The translations under genes were made by a program, and so were the position numbers. A stretch of DNA of 64,000 bases from Adineta vaga (lineage: Eukaryota > Animalia > Rotifera): the NCBI GenBank assembly GCA_021613535.1, contig CP075496.1:11222001-11286000 (forward strand). The letters are read 5' to 3'. Of the stretch, positions 63,928 to 64,000 are shown piece by piece (positions within the stretch are counted from its first letter, which is position 1; every line of letters begins with the position of its first letter). The notes below the pieces were generated by a model. That model ran no database searches. It was not told where the DNA came from and was given only the letters and a program-made list of their open reading frames with translations.

Positions 63928-64000
63928 CTAAACAAAGAAATATGTGAATAAGAGATACTAATGGCAGTATTTCATTGATTCGTTATTTTCATTTCATTCT

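Overview
This is very AT-rich eukaryotic genomic DNA with compact genes and many ~50-65 nt GT-AG introns. That style, together with the metazoan gene set, suggests a bdelloid rotifer (Adineta/Rotaria-like); this is an inference. I could splice 18 protein-coding genes by hand: Pellino, NAPE-PLD (nested antisense in Pellino intron 1), an OTU1/YOD1-like deubiquitinase, PFKFB, PUS7, Prickle, a DESI/PPPDE peptidase, PCED1/FAM113, a FMRFamide-receptor-like GPCR, an essential myosin light chain, PCBD, a 3-Ig lachesin/IgLON-like protein, spermidine synthase, EPG5, MAPKAPK2, UBL4A, a KCNQ channel and the 3' part of an oligopeptidase-A-like gene. A gene-poor stretch (26.2-34.9 kb) holds nested non-autonomous DNA transposons. 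Main observations: (1) many same-strand gene pairs only ~100-320 nt apart, mostly with a poly(A)-signal-like hexamer followed closely by a 3'-splice AG and then the next ATG, which suggests trans-spliced operons; (2) a -1 frameshift in NAPE-PLD exactly at an in-phase U_UUU_UUA heptamer, followed by a GC-rich stem-loop; (3) the NAPE-PLD stop codon lies inside Pellino coding exon 1 and its last codons overlap the Pellino splice donor; (4) a hidden alternative PFKFB N-terminus lacking the PKA site; (5) 7-10 nt microexons that carry catalytic or gating motifs; (6) an M3 peptidase with substituted zinc ligands. All gene identities come from motif recognition, not database searches. No rRNA, tRNA or CRISPR array was seen.
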